A stretch of 64,000 bases of DNA from Minisyncoccia bacterium (GTDB lineage: Bacteria > Patescibacteriota > Minisyncoccia > Phycocordibacterales > UBA918), in NCBI GenBank assembly GCA_041736805.1, contig JBGSSW010000008.1:2897-66896 (forward strand), in the 5' to 3' direction. The translations under genes were made by a program, and so were the position numbers. The notes under the pieces were generated by a model. It was not told where the DNA came from, did no database searches, and saw only the letters and a list, made by a program, of their open reading frames with translations. This document shows, piece by piece, positions 49,210-59,110 of the stretch; position 1 is the first letter of the stretch; the number at the start of each line of letters is the position of its first letter.

Positions 49210-49284
49210 AAGATAAAAACGGCAGGCCCTAGGGCCTGCCGTTTTTATTTTGCAGCTCTACACAATAGTGTACACTTAAAAGAT

Positions 49285-49593
49285 ATGAGTCTTTATAAAG
49301 AATATATTACATACTTAAAAGATAACCCAAAGGGCTATTGGTTTAAGCGTAAGCTTTACGGTTGGGGTTGGACACCAGCCAGGTGGCAGGGCTGGTTAAC
49401 TCTTGGGATTTTTATTTTTTTGATAGCACTCAATTTTTTTCGCTTAGATTCAGTTTCACATTCAGCTAGCGATACTTTATACAATTTTCTTCCGCAGACA
49501 ATTGTGATGGTTTTGATTCTAATAAGTGTTTGCTATAGAAAAGGTGAGAAGCCTAGTTGGCAGTGGGGACTTAAAGATGGAGGAGATAAGTAG
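49285..49593 (+). CDS. Small 2-TM membrane protein
   Basis: WFKRKLYGWGWTPARWQGW...KGEKPSWQWG. Confidence 0.75.
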   Translation: MSLYKEYITYLKDNPKGYWFKRKLYGWGWTPARWQGWLTLGIFIFLIALNFFRLDSVSHSASDTLYNFLPQTIVMVLILISVCYRKGEKPSWQWGLKDGGDK

Positions 49594-49640
49594 AAACATA
49601 CCCTTACATCATAAGCAAAAATAGTGTATGGTACTCACCT

Positions 49641-51122
49641 ATGTCACGAAGTGATGGAATTATCGTCTTTAAAGACGTCTCATATGAATACGATGCCACT
49701 AGACCTATTTTGCGAGGAGCTAATTTTGTGGTGCGTCGAGGGGCAAAACTAACTCTGATGGGTCAAAATGGAGCTGGTAAAAGTACTATCTTCTCTTTGA
49801 TTACTAGAGACCGACATCCAGATGAAGGTGACATCAATATTGAACCAAAAACCTCCATTGCTGTTTCAAGACAAATTATTCCACGGGCTGAATTAGAACT
49901 AACAGTCAGAGCTTTTTTTGAACAATGTTTCTCAGAAAAGGTTTATGATATTGACCCAAAGATTGACGCTGTCTTGGAGGTGGTGAATTTAACTCCGACT
50001 GACAAGCAAAAAGAAACTTTCAAGGATAGGATCATTGGCAGCTTCTCGGGTGGACAGCAGGCTCGCCTACTATTAGCTCAGGCTTTGATACAAAATCCAG
50101 ACGTTCTACTGCTTGACGAACCAACCAACAACCTTGATGTAGCTGGAATTGAACATCTAACTATCTTCCTAAAAGAATACCCCAAGACAGTTTTGGTAAT
50201 TTCTCACGACGCTGATTTTTTGAATGCTTTCACTCATGGCGTACTTTACCTAAATACCCAAAGACGACAAGTCGAGCAATATAATGGAAACTATCATGCG
50301 GTAGTGAAAGATATCGCAGCCCAAGTCGAGAAAGAACAGCGTGAAAATGCCAGACTCTCGAAGCAAATTCAGGCCGACAAAGACAAGATTAACTATTTTG
50401 CTAATAAGGGAGGAAAGATGCGTCTGGTAGCTAAGCGGATGCGTGATGAAATCGAGGAAGCAGAAGAAAATAAAGTTGATGTTCGCCGTGAGGATAAAAC
50501 CATTCGTCCGTTCACTATCGAACCACATGCCGATATTCCTCTTGAAGTGGTAAAGCTTAGCTCATGCCAAGTGATCCGCAATCACGAACCAAAAGAAGTC
50601 GAGTGTCATGTCCTGCTAAAGCGGGGAATGCATTTACAGATTATTGGACCAAACGGTATAGGCAAGACGACCTTGCTTGAGAAATTGGCTTCTGGACACG
50701 CCAAAGGAGAACACGTTACTCCTGGGGTAAAGATTGGCTACTACCGTCAAGACTTTTCGAACTTGGCTTTCGACAAGACAGTTTTTGAGACGTTGATGGA
50801 TTCAATGGAACGAAAAGTCGAAGAAGAGATGAGAAGTATTGCGGCTGGTTTCTTGCTCTTTGGTGACGTGATGAAGACTAAGGTTGGAAATCTGTCTGAA
50901 GGACAAAAAGGTTTGGTAGCTTTTGCTAAACTAACGATGGAAAAACCAGGACTACTTATTCTTGACGAACCAACTAACCACATTAACTTCCGTCATATTC
51001 CAGTGATCGCTAAGGCTTTGCATGACTATAAGGGAGCTATGATTCTCGTTTCCCACGTGCCAGAGTTTGTGGAACAAATTCACATCGACGAAGTGCTTGA
51101 TTTGGCTAAGCTTAAGAAATAG
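49641..51122 (+). CDS. ABC-F family ATPase
   Basis: Two ABC domains (GQNGAGKST, LDEPTN; GPNGIGKTT, LDEPTN), no TM segments. Confidence 0.93.
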   Translation: MSRSDGIIVFKDVSYEYDATRPILRGANFVVRRGAKLTLMGQNGAGKSTIFSLITRDRHPDEGDINIEPKTSIAVSRQIIPRAELELTVRAFFEQCFSEKVYDIDPKIDAVLEVVNLTPTDKQKETFKDRIIGSFSGGQQARLLLAQALIQNPDVLLLDEPTNNLDVAGIEHLTIFLKEYPKTVLVISHDADFLNAFTHGVLYLNTQRRQVEQYNGNYHAVVKDIAAQVEKEQRENARLSKQIQADKDKINYFANKGGKMRLVAKRMRDEIEEAEENKVDVRREDKTIRPFTIEPHADIPLEVVKLSSCQVIRNHEPKEVECHVLLKRGMHLQIIGPNGIGKTTLLEKLASGHAKGEHVTPGVKIGYYRQDFSNLAFDKTVFETLMDSMERKVEEEMRSIAAGFLLFGDVMKTKVGNLSEGQKGLVAFAKLTMEKPGLLILDEPTNHINFRHIPVIAKALHDYKGAMILVSHVPEFVEQIHIDEVLDLAKLKK

Positions 51123-51317
51123 TAAGAATCTGACAGAGGAATAAAAGTGGTGCGGACCTTCGGTCCGTGGGGCAGTTGCTTAAAGTAAGATATTTAGCCC
51201 AACAGGTTAATACCCCAATCGATTGGGGTTTTGTTTAGATTTGATATTGGTCGAATATAAAAAGAAAAAGCCCCAACCATTGCTGGTGGGGTTTCGGAAT
51301 AGGGTGTGGGAAATGGG

Positions 51318-52091
51318 TCAGCTTCCCAGAATCTCGTTTGCTTGTTCCGTCCACAAAGTTTGCCAATTCTTGTGGAAGTACCAGGTTGCCCAAATGACTG
51401 TCAAAGGCAGCAAATGGTACAACTCCACCTCTAGTACTGAAGGGAAATGTTGCCCAAATCCTTTAACCAGTGCCATTAGTCCAAAGCAGCTTAGTAGATT
51501 TAGGACTACCCAGTTTCCAAGTAGGCGACTTATTGTCTTTAACTTAATGGAAGCGTTGTGACCAACTTTCTTTACAGCCCAAGTTAAGGCGAGAGAAGTT
51601 TGGGTAGTCAAAGCTACTGTAAGACCAATTACACAAAGACCCAAGGCAAGTTGGTACCTAGACCAGTCGCTGGTTTGGATAGCTACACCAGCAGCCACGG
51701 GTATGCAGTCAAGACTTACAGATAGAACACTTGCTGATAGCCAGAACATAAACCAGCGACGACCGACGATAGTTTCTATTTTTTCGGTCAGTGACCACCT
51801 AGAAATCTTTCCTTGCCACTTCGCCATTAGTTCGTAAAGGTAGAGGTTCACTACACAAAATCCACCTATACCAATTGGTAGCAGAAGTGAGGCGAAGCTT
51901 TTGTCCAGGAGATAGATTCCTCCTATGATTGTTCCCATAAGCACCACATGCGCGAAAGCGGCTGGAGCCGTCCAGTTAAGAAAACTCAGTTTCTCACTCG
52001 TTGCTTTCGCTAGGGTGTAGAAGAAGATATCAATTGAGATTGAGACTCCAACCCAAAAGGCGAAGCTCAAAACCATGACGTTGTTAAGCAT
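51318..52091 (-). CDS. SD-led multi-TM protein, MntP/YtaF-like (diverged)
   Basis: Repeated S.S.D motifs (SISIDIFF, SVSLDCIP); AAGGAG SD; GTTCTTTAAAC leader. Confidence 0.6.
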   Translation of the reverse strand: MLNNVMVLSFAFWVGVSISIDIFFYTLAKATSEKLSFLNWTAPAAFAHVVLMGTIIGGIYLLDKSFASLLLPIGIGGFCVVNLYLYELMAKWQGKISRWSLTEKIETIVGRRWFMFWLSASVLSVSLDCIPVAAGVAIQTSDWSRYQLALGLCVIGLTVALTTQTSLALTWAVKKVGHNASIKLKTISRLLGNWVVLNLLSCFGLMALVKGFGQHFPSVLEVELYHLLPLTVIWATWYFHKNWQTLWTEQANEILGS

Positions 52092-52182
52092 TAGCTTCTC
52101 CTTTTCAAGGAACTAGTTTAAAGAACGATTTATTTGAATAAAACGCTATTTCTTTTCATTGGTCAAGTTTATTGTAATTAGT

Positions 52183-52533
52183 TCAAATACTTCTACCGTC
52201 GTATTCATTTACTTTTAGTTCTGTAATATCAAAGTCTTCAAGGCAATTGAGATTAATCATCACCATATAATTCCCGTTTCCGTCATGCCCGCGGGCGAAA
52301 GATTGTACCCCACAAGTTTTACAAAAAACGTGATCGATGTGGTGTTTGTTGAAATGATAAGTCGTTAAATTGTCTTGACCAGAAAGCAGTGTAAAATCAG
52401 TCTCTGGGACAAAGGCTAAAAGAAAGCCTTTGCGCTGACAGTGACTACAATTGCACCTCATACTCTCATTAAAATCACCTTTTGTTTCATACTTCACGGC
52501 TCCACAATGACAACTACCTTTATGTGTTTTCAT
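52183..52533 (-). CDS. GFA/CENP-V family zinc protein
   Basis: GSCHCGAV, CNCSHC, FCKTCG. Confidence 0.92.
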   Translation of the reverse strand: MKTHKGSCHCGAVKYETKGDFNESMRCNCSHCQRKGFLLAFVPETDFTLLSGQDNLTTYHFNKHHIDHVFCKTCGVQSFARGHDGNGNYMVMINLNCLEDFDITELKVNEYDGRSI

Positions 52534-52536
52534 AAA

Positions 52537-52974
52537 TTATTTCAAAGTTACTTGATGTGTTTTTGCTAAATCCTTAAGACCACCGGAAATTAATTTTTTT
52601 AAGATTTCCAAATCAATTCCCTCCAAGCTTTTGAGGTAAAGACAACCTTTACCAAGTTTATGGGTAACAATATTTTTTAGTAAATTTCCATAGTTTTGGT
52701 AGCCAGGCATGATGTAGATGGTTGGTCCGCTCTTCCGGGGTGAGAAGCCAGTAGCAAAATACGAACCTTCATCTCCATTACTACGATAATAAACATACTC
52801 ACCAAAGCCGACCATGGTTCCGCCCCACAGCTTTGGTTTTGCTCCTGTAACTGCTTTGAATAATTTAAGTAAAGTTTGGGAATCACTTTTCAGTGAGTCG
52901 TTTTCAATGTTATTTATAAAGTCAGTCACACTAGCTGTACTTTTACCAGTTTTGAGGATTATTTTTTTAGCCAT
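52537..52974 (-). CDS. DUF1801 family protein
   Basis: KLWGGTMVGFG.Y.Y, GFSPRK, GKGCLYLK. Confidence 0.85.
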   Translation of the reverse strand: MAKKIILKTGKSTASVTDFINNIENDSLKSDSQTLLKLFKAVTGAKPKLWGGTMVGFGEYVYYRSNGDEGSYFATGFSPRKSGPTIYIMPGYQNYGNLLKNIVTHKLGKGCLYLKSLEGIDLEILKKLISGGLKDLAKTHQVTLK

Positions 52975-53011
52975 TACCACTATTATAACAAAGTTGTATA
53001 CTTAAAAATAT

Positions 53012-53314
53012 ATGAAGAAAAATTCCTACACCATGACTGAAAAAGTTTATCTTTATCCAGGGGAGACAGCTAATTGGCATTTTGTCCCGATTACAAAAAA
53101 GATTGGCCAAGAAATCAAGGAAACTTGTGGTAAACCAGCTCGTGGCTTTGGAGCAGTGAAAGTCGAAGTGACTATCGGAAAGACAACTTGGTTGACTTCA
53201 ATGTTCCCTGATAAATATTCCGGTAGTTACATTTTGCCACTCAAAGCCCAGATAAGAAAAAAGGAAGACATCTACGCCGAAGACAAGATTAAATTCAGAA
53301 TTACTTTAGTGTAA
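53012..53314 (+). CDS. DUF1905 family protein
   Basis: WHFV, GFGAVKV.VTIG.T.W.TSMFP, YILPLKA.IR. Confidence 0.85.
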   Translation: MKKNSYTMTEKVYLYPGETANWHFVPITKKIGQEIKETCGKPARGFGAVKVEVTIGKTTWLTSMFPDKYSGSYILPLKAQIRKKEDIYAEDKIKFRITLV

Positions 53315-55384
53315 TTTTTTCTTTCGTTTAATATATTCAGCCGCAATATGGGAAGCGATAAAGATGGCTAGGGAAATGAGGATGAAATTTAAGTTGATGG
53401 CGTCGGCAGTGATACCGTTTTTGGCAAATTCTTCGACGCTGATAGAAGCACCGATAGCGACAAAAGTAGTGATACCAAGTAGGGTGCCGAGCATTGTTGC
53501 TAGCAAGAATGGTGTGAAGGGAATTTTTAAAAGACCAGCTCCATAGGCTACTAAATCAAAAGGGAAGAAAGTAAGGCGCATCATTAAAATCGCCATAAAC
53601 GGGTTTTTGTGTAGGTAATCTGTCCAGTTGCTAAGAGATTTTTTGTAACCAGCGATGGCCTGACTAAAATAACTGCCGACAAAGTAAGCTACCGCTGCCG
53701 ATAAACTAGCCCCGACTATGGTGTAGAGAATTCCCCATAGACCAAAGAACACTCCTGATAGAATCGTGAGAGCGGTGCCAGGGAAGAAGGTGATTGGTCT
53801 AATCGTGTAGGCAACTATGTAAAGCAGCGGAGCCCACGGAGTGGAAGTAATGGCCATGAAAATCTTGAGCGAGAGCTCGCTGGGAGTTAGGCCAAAACTC
53901 TGTTGGTAGACATAAAGTGAGACCAAACCATAAATCCAAAGACCAGCTACTATTAATTTTGGAGCCAGTTTTTTGGTAGCGTAAAAAAGGTCGGTTTTTA
54001 AATCGATAAATTGCTGAGCTAGAAAATAATCGCCAGCTTTTTTGATGATAAGAGAATACGTAGGGTAAGCAAAAATAGTGGACCGTAGACGATAGAGGGA
54101 AATATTATTTTCCATGGCTAAGGTAAGGGTACCAATGAGTTCACCAGCACGCGGACCGATAATATGAGCGCCAAGGATTTTGCCGGAGAGACGTTTAGCT
54201 ACTACAACCAACATACCCTCTGTATCGTCATCAGTCCGCGCGCGATCATTATTGGCAAAAGATACTTCAATACGTCGGATTTTTTCTTCTCCCAATTCTT
54301 CTTTAGCTTCATCCCACGATAACCCCATTTGGGCAATTTCAGGTTCGGTATAAGTAACTTTAGGAACAACTTTATCCTTAATTGAAAATAGTCCTTGACT
54401 AATTATGCGAGTAACTACCTGTCTGGCGATATCATCAGCTACGTGGGTGAACTTAAGTCGAGCCGAGACATCCCCAAGAGCATAGACATCCTTATTGTTA
54501 GTTTGCCAATTTTTATTAACCACAATTCCGAAAGGACTACTTTTAATTCTAGCCACTTCGAGGCCTTCAGGGAGATTGGGAACGCGACCAATTGCGACTA
54601 AGACTTTATCAAAGGGGATTTGTTCAAGACGGACAGCTTCGCTGTCCGTCTCCTTTACCTCCACCGTCATTATTCCCTCAACGGCATGTTTCACCGCAGC
54701 ATTAAGGATGATGTTAATCCCTAGGTCAGTAAATTTTTTGTAAATAATAGGTCTAATAGCTTCGTCTTCCAGTCGAGCAAATTCTGGCCCGTTTTCAATA
54801 ATTGTGACGTTACTACCCAACATGGCAAGAGCTTGTCCCATTTCCATACCAATCGGTCCACCGCCAACGATTAGGGTTCTAGTTGGTGTTTCATTTAAGT
54901 TAAATAAGTTTTGATTAGTAAGCACCTTTTCTTCCCCAAGACCTATGATATCTATACTTCTGGGTGAAGAACCAGTGGCGATAATAGATTTTTTAAATTT
55001 GTAGGAATTATCACTTACCTTTATTTCATTAAGTCCGATAAATCTGGCCTCACCAAGCACAACCTCAATGCCTAAGTTTTGAAAGTGTTCTGGGGTTTCA
55101 TCAATTAAAATGGAATCGACAATTTGTCTAACGTATTTAAAAGCTTCCTTGCGGTAGGTATCACTTTGGTAGGTTTTGCCAGCAATTTTAGTGGCTTGAT
55201 AATATTGCTTGGCGTGATGTAAGAGGGCCTTGCTAGGAATACAACCAGAATTAGTGCATTCGCCCCCTAGGTGTTCACGTTCTATAAGCAATACTTTTTT
55301 ACCAACTTTGCTAAGTCCAACAGCTGCCGTCAGTCCACCTGATCCTGCTCCGACCACTACTACATCATAAAGTTTAGAATCCAT
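53306..55384 (-). CDS. Pyridine nucleotide-disulfide oxidoreductase (MerA/Lpd-like) fused to a C-terminal VTT/DedA (SNARE-associated) domain
   Basis: GAGSGG, GGECTNSGCIPSK redox disulfide, GGGPIG; C-terminal FFPGT...RLTFFPFDLVAYGAG. Confidence 0.88.
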   Translation of the reverse strand: MDSKLYDVVVVGAGSGGLTAAVGLSKVGKKVLLIEREHLGGECTNSGCIPSKALLHHAKQYYQATKIAGKTYQSDTYRKEAFKYVRQIVDSILIDETPEHFQNLGIEVVLGEARFIGLNEIKVSDNSYKFKKSIIATGSSPRSIDIIGLGEEKVLTNQNLFNLNETPTRTLIVGGGPIGMEMGQALAMLGSNVTIIENGPEFARLEDEAIRPIIYKKFTDLGINIILNAAVKHAVEGIMTVEVKETDSEAVRLEQIPFDKVLVAIGRVPNLPEGLEVARIKSSPFGIVVNKNWQTNNKDVYALGDVSARLKFTHVADDIARQVVTRIISQGLFSIKDKVVPKVTYTEPEIAQMGLSWDEAKEELGEEKIRRIEVSFANNDRARTDDDTEGMLVVVAKRLSGKILGAHIIGPRAGELIGTLTLAMENNISLYRLRSTIFAYPTYSLIIKKAGDYFLAQQFIDLKTDLFYATKKLAPKLIVAGLWIYGLVSLYVYQQSFGLTPSELSLKIFMAITSTPWAPLLYIVAYTIRPITFFPGTALTILSGVFFGLWGILYTIVGASLSAAVAYFVGSYFSQAIAGYKKSLSNWTDYLHKNPFMAILMMRLTFFPFDLVAYGAGLLKIPFTPFLLATMLGTLLGITTFVAIGASISVEEFAKNGITADAINLNFILISLAIFIASHIAAEYIKRKKKLH

Positions 55385-55596
55385 ATCATTCTATAGTAGC
55401 AAACTTTATAATGTTAAGTAACCTTTACATGAGTATTTTGTAGGTAGGCGGTTGCTCAATAGGGTTAAATATCGTATAGTATCCGCGTTAAGCCAATTTT
55501 GGCTTTTTCTTTTCTCCATGCCTTATAAATAGGGCCGTCGGTATGAAAGGGAGTATCAAATTATTAATACATATATAAGTAAGTAGTAAAAAATTT

Positions 55597-57774
55597 ATGG
55601 CACGAGAATTTGGAGTAGATAGAATGCGCAATTTTGGTATTGTAGCGCACGTAGATGCTGGTAAAACCACCACATCTGAAAGAGTACTTTTTTATACCGG
55701 CATGAGTCACAAGATCGGTGAAGTGCACGATGGTGCCACTGTCACTGACTGGATGGAACAAGAACGAGAGCGGGGTATTACTATTACCGCCGCTGCTATT
55801 TCATGTAACTGGTCAAAGACAGATGTGGAAGACCGAAAAGACCGAACCCAGATGTACAACTTCAACATCATTGATACTCCAGGACACATCGACTTTACTG
55901 CTGAGGTAAAGCGTTCAATGCGTGTTCTTGACGGTGCTGTAGTTGTATTCGACTCTGTCGCTGGGGTAGAGCCACAATCAGAAACTAACTGGGGCTACGC
56001 TGATGAGGCTGGAGTACCTCGTATCTGTTTCATTAATAAGATGGACCGACTAGGTGCGAGTTTTGAAAAGTCATATGCCAGTATTCTAGATAGACTTTCA
56101 AAGAAGGCTGTTCGTCTCCAGCTTCCATGGGGTGCGGAAGATCAGCTAAAGGGAGTGATTGACCTAATGATAATGAAGGCTTATGTCTTTGAAGGTGAAA
56201 TGGGAATGACAGTTAGACAAGTTGAAATTCCAGAGGAACTCATGGCTGACGCCGAAAAATACCGAGCCGAATTGGTAGAAAAAGTTGTTGAGCATGATGA
56301 TGTTTTAATGGAAGCCTTCTTAGCGGGTGAAGAACCTTCAATTGAAAACCTAAAAAAGACTCTTCGGAAGGCGGTCATCGCTAACCAGATTTTCCCAGTA
56401 TTGACTGGCTCTGCCCTTAAGAACATTGGAGTACAGCTGGTATTAGACGCTGTGGTAGATTATCTACCTGCTCCGACTGACCTACCACCAATTAAGGGTA
56501 TTAATCCAAAAGACGATAGTGACATTACTCGTCTGCCAGATGATAGTCAGCCATTTTGCGCTTTGGCCTTCAAGCTTCAAACTGACCCATTTGTCGGACA
56601 ACTTACTTTCTTCCGAGTTTATTCTGGAGTAGTGAAGGCTGGAAGTTATATTTACAATTCAACAACTGGAGAAAAAGAAAGACTAGGACGTATCGTACGA
56701 CTACAAGCCGACAAGCGAACAGAAATTGAAGAGGTGTACGCAGGAGAAATTGCGGCTGGAGTAGGACTCAAAGAAGTAAAGACCTCACACACTCTTTGTG
56801 ATGAAGCTAACCCAATTATTCTAGAACAAATCGTCTTCCCAGAGCCAGTGGTAGCACTGCGAGTAGAGCCAAAGACAAAGGGTGACCAAGAACGAATGGG
56901 TGTGGCTCTAAAGAAGTTGTCAGACGAAGACCCAACTTTCAAGGTTTCAACTGATGAAGAGACAATGGAAACTATTATTGCTGGTATGGGCGAACTACAC
57001 TTGGAGATTCTGGTTGACCGTATGAAGCGCGAGTTTAACGTAGAAGCAAATGTCGGCGCACCTCAAGTAGCCTATCGAGAAACTATTCAACGCGAAGCCG
57101 AGGCAGAATACAAGTACGTTAAGCAGTCTGGAGGTCGTGGACAATATGGGCACGTTAAGATTCGAATTCGTCCCCTCCAAGAACTTGTGTTGGCGGAAGG
57201 AAAGTCCCTAGCCAAGAACATTACTCGGGAAGACCACTTCGAATTCGTCAACAGCATCAAGGGAGGAGTAATTCCAGGAGAATTTATTCCAGCGGTTATG
57301 AAGGGCTGTAAGGAAGCGATGGCGAGAGGATTTGTGGCCGGATACAAAATGGAAGACGTTTCAGTTGAACTTTTTGACGGAAGTTTCCATGATGTAGACT
57401 CTTCAGAAATCGCTTTCAAATTAGCTGCTATCCATGCTTTCAAAGAAGCGGCTGCTAAAGCCGGAGCGGTACTACTAGAACCAGTAATGAAAGTGGAAGT
57501 ACGTACCCCAGAACAATTCATGGGTGACGTAAACGGAAATATTTCTAGTAAGCGTGGTCAGGTAGAAGGAATGGGTGATATTGGCGACAAGAAAGTTATT
57601 ACTGCCAAAGTACCTCTGTCTGAAATGTTCGGCTATACGAACATGCTGCGTTCTATGACTCAGGGTCGCGCTTCGATGATGATGGAATTCCATCACTACG
57701 ACGTAGTACCACCAAATGTGGCCAATGATATTAAGAAAATGAGGGGTGTAAAAGATATCGAAACAGTAGAATAA
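55597..57774 (+). CDS. fusA: Elongation factor G
   Basis: AHVDAGKTT, ERERGITI, DTPGH, NKMD, KQSGGRGQYG. Confidence 0.98.
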   Translation: MAREFGVDRMRNFGIVAHVDAGKTTTSERVLFYTGMSHKIGEVHDGATVTDWMEQERERGITITAAAISCNWSKTDVEDRKDRTQMYNFNIIDTPGHIDFTAEVKRSMRVLDGAVVVFDSVAGVEPQSETNWGYADEAGVPRICFINKMDRLGASFEKSYASILDRLSKKAVRLQLPWGAEDQLKGVIDLMIMKAYVFEGEMGMTVRQVEIPEELMADAEKYRAELVEKVVEHDDVLMEAFLAGEEPSIENLKKTLRKAVIANQIFPVLTGSALKNIGVQLVLDAVVDYLPAPTDLPPIKGINPKDDSDITRLPDDSQPFCALAFKLQTDPFVGQLTFFRVYSGVVKAGSYIYNSTTGEKERLGRIVRLQADKRTEIEEVYAGEIAAGVGLKEVKTSHTLCDEANPIILEQIVFPEPVVALRVEPKTKGDQERMGVALKKLSDEDPTFKVSTDEETMETIIAGMGELHLEILVDRMKREFNVEANVGAPQVAYRETIQREAEAEYKYVKQSGGRGQYGHVKIRIRPLQELVLAEGKSLAKNITREDHFEFVNSIKGGVIPGEFIPAVMKGCKEAMARGFVAGYKMEDVSVELFDGSFHDVDSSEIAFKLAAIHAFKEAAAKAGAVLLEPVMKVEVRTPEQFMGDVNGNISSKRGQVEGMGDIGDKKVITAKVPLSEMFGYTNMLRSMTQGRASMMMEFHHYDVVPPNVANDIKKMRGVKDIETVE

Positions 57775-57989
57775 TTTTACTTAAGTAAAACAATCTGGGA
57801 GATTATATTACGGACCCTGAAGGATGTGGTTGACGAGGTGTAAAGAAAAACAACCGAAGTAAACCTAAAAGCCGCCGGCACTTGCTGGCGGCTTTTAGGT
57901 TTAGCAAAGACATAAAAAATGAAAAGCCCGTTTTGTTTTAGCTTATTAAAAGCTAAAACAAAACGGGCCGATTCTCCAGAGCGACTTGG

Positions 57990-58400
57990 TCAGACTGCAA
58001 CCGATTCGGTCGTGGGCTGACAAAGTGTGTGAGCGAGCGGATTGTGGGCGACACCAATCAACATGGTGATAGCTCCGGTGTCTTGTTGGTGCCAAGCGGC
58101 GGTCGCTACGGTGTGATAGTTTCCACGAGCCAACCGCGGTGCCGCCTGAGGCAGAACACTGGGTAGGTTGTTCTTGACCCACTCGAAGACCATCTCGATA
58201 GTGATACCTTTACCGTGAAGTTGTTGCTGTGTCAGCTGAGAGCCGTCGTCTGCCAAGATCTCGAAATCTACAGCACTCCATCGGACTGAGTGAGAGTTTG
58301 CAACTGCTGCTGCAGAACCACCTCTTTCTTTTAGGGAAATCCCTTGAAACCCCCAACCATTTCTCCCGGGGATTTTGGTTTGAAAGTAAAATGTCGACAT
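57990..58400 (-). CDS. SD-led ORFan, 136 aa
   Basis: AGGAG 58407-58411 (minus strand), GC-richer codons, terminator 57923-57968. Confidence 0.6.
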   Translation of the reverse strand: MSTFYFQTKIPGRNGWGFQGISLKERGGSAAAVANSHSVRWSAVDFEILADDGSQLTQQQLHGKGITIEMVFEWVKNNLPSVLPQAAPRLARGNYHTVATAAWHQQDTGAITMLIGVAHNPLAHTLCQPTTESVAV

Positions 58401-58636
58401 CTCTGACTCCTAGTGTTGCCTAAAGGCGGGTTGAACTTCCAAACGGGATTAAAACATAGAAGTATAAATAAGTCCACCTATAGGCATTACCAATGTCTGC
58501 AATGAATTATTTATTTAAATTAACTCATTTAACATTTACATATTAAGCATATATGGTATAAAAGTAGCTATCGGTCCGGGTGGATTGATACGGGTAAGGT
58601 CCCCGTTTGTACAATGTAGTATTCAGGAGAATTGAA

Positions 58637-59110
58637 TTGGAAACCAGAACAGAAGTTGGAGTTCATGAGAGTCTCATTCCGTTTCAGCAAAAACGACAAC
58701 GGGTCGTCATGGTCGCCCTTATCGTCGACCCGAACAACCGTTTTCTGGTGTTGAATGGACTCTTGCCAGAACAGCCACATGAGTTTGTGGGCAACTGCAC
58801 ACATGAAGGTCTGATGTCCTATGTCACACGCTTGGTTGAATGGAAACTACACTTCTCGATCAAGCGGATTTACCAGATGGCCAAGGTCCACTATCCGAAT
58901 CCTGACCCGACCCCCAATGACCCGATGTACGTGGTCGTACGGGTTGACGTCAAGATTCCTCGGACCATTGCCGGCGGTGAATGGGTTTCGTCGGCCGAAC
59001 GGGCCAAGCAAATCGGCGGTGATGATCCGATGATCCTCAATTGCGCTCAATTGCACATGGGCTCCAACCTGGCTTGGCAGACATCCAAACCTGAAGTTCA
59101 GCTGAGCTAG
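58637..59110 (+). CDS. SD-led ORFan with a possible degenerate NUDIX-like fold
   Basis: AGGAG 58625-58629 before an in-frame TTG; VVMVALIVDPNNRFLVL N-terminal strands but no Nudix box; terminator about 59131-59162. Confidence 0.5.
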   Translation: METRTEVGVHESLIPFQQKRQRVVMVALIVDPNNRFLVLNGLLPEQPHEFVGNCTHEGLMSYVTRLVEWKLHFSIKRIYQMAKVHYPNPDPTPNDPMYVVVRVDVKIPRTIAGGEWVSSAERAKQIGGDDPMILNCAQLHMGSNLAWQTSKPEVQLS

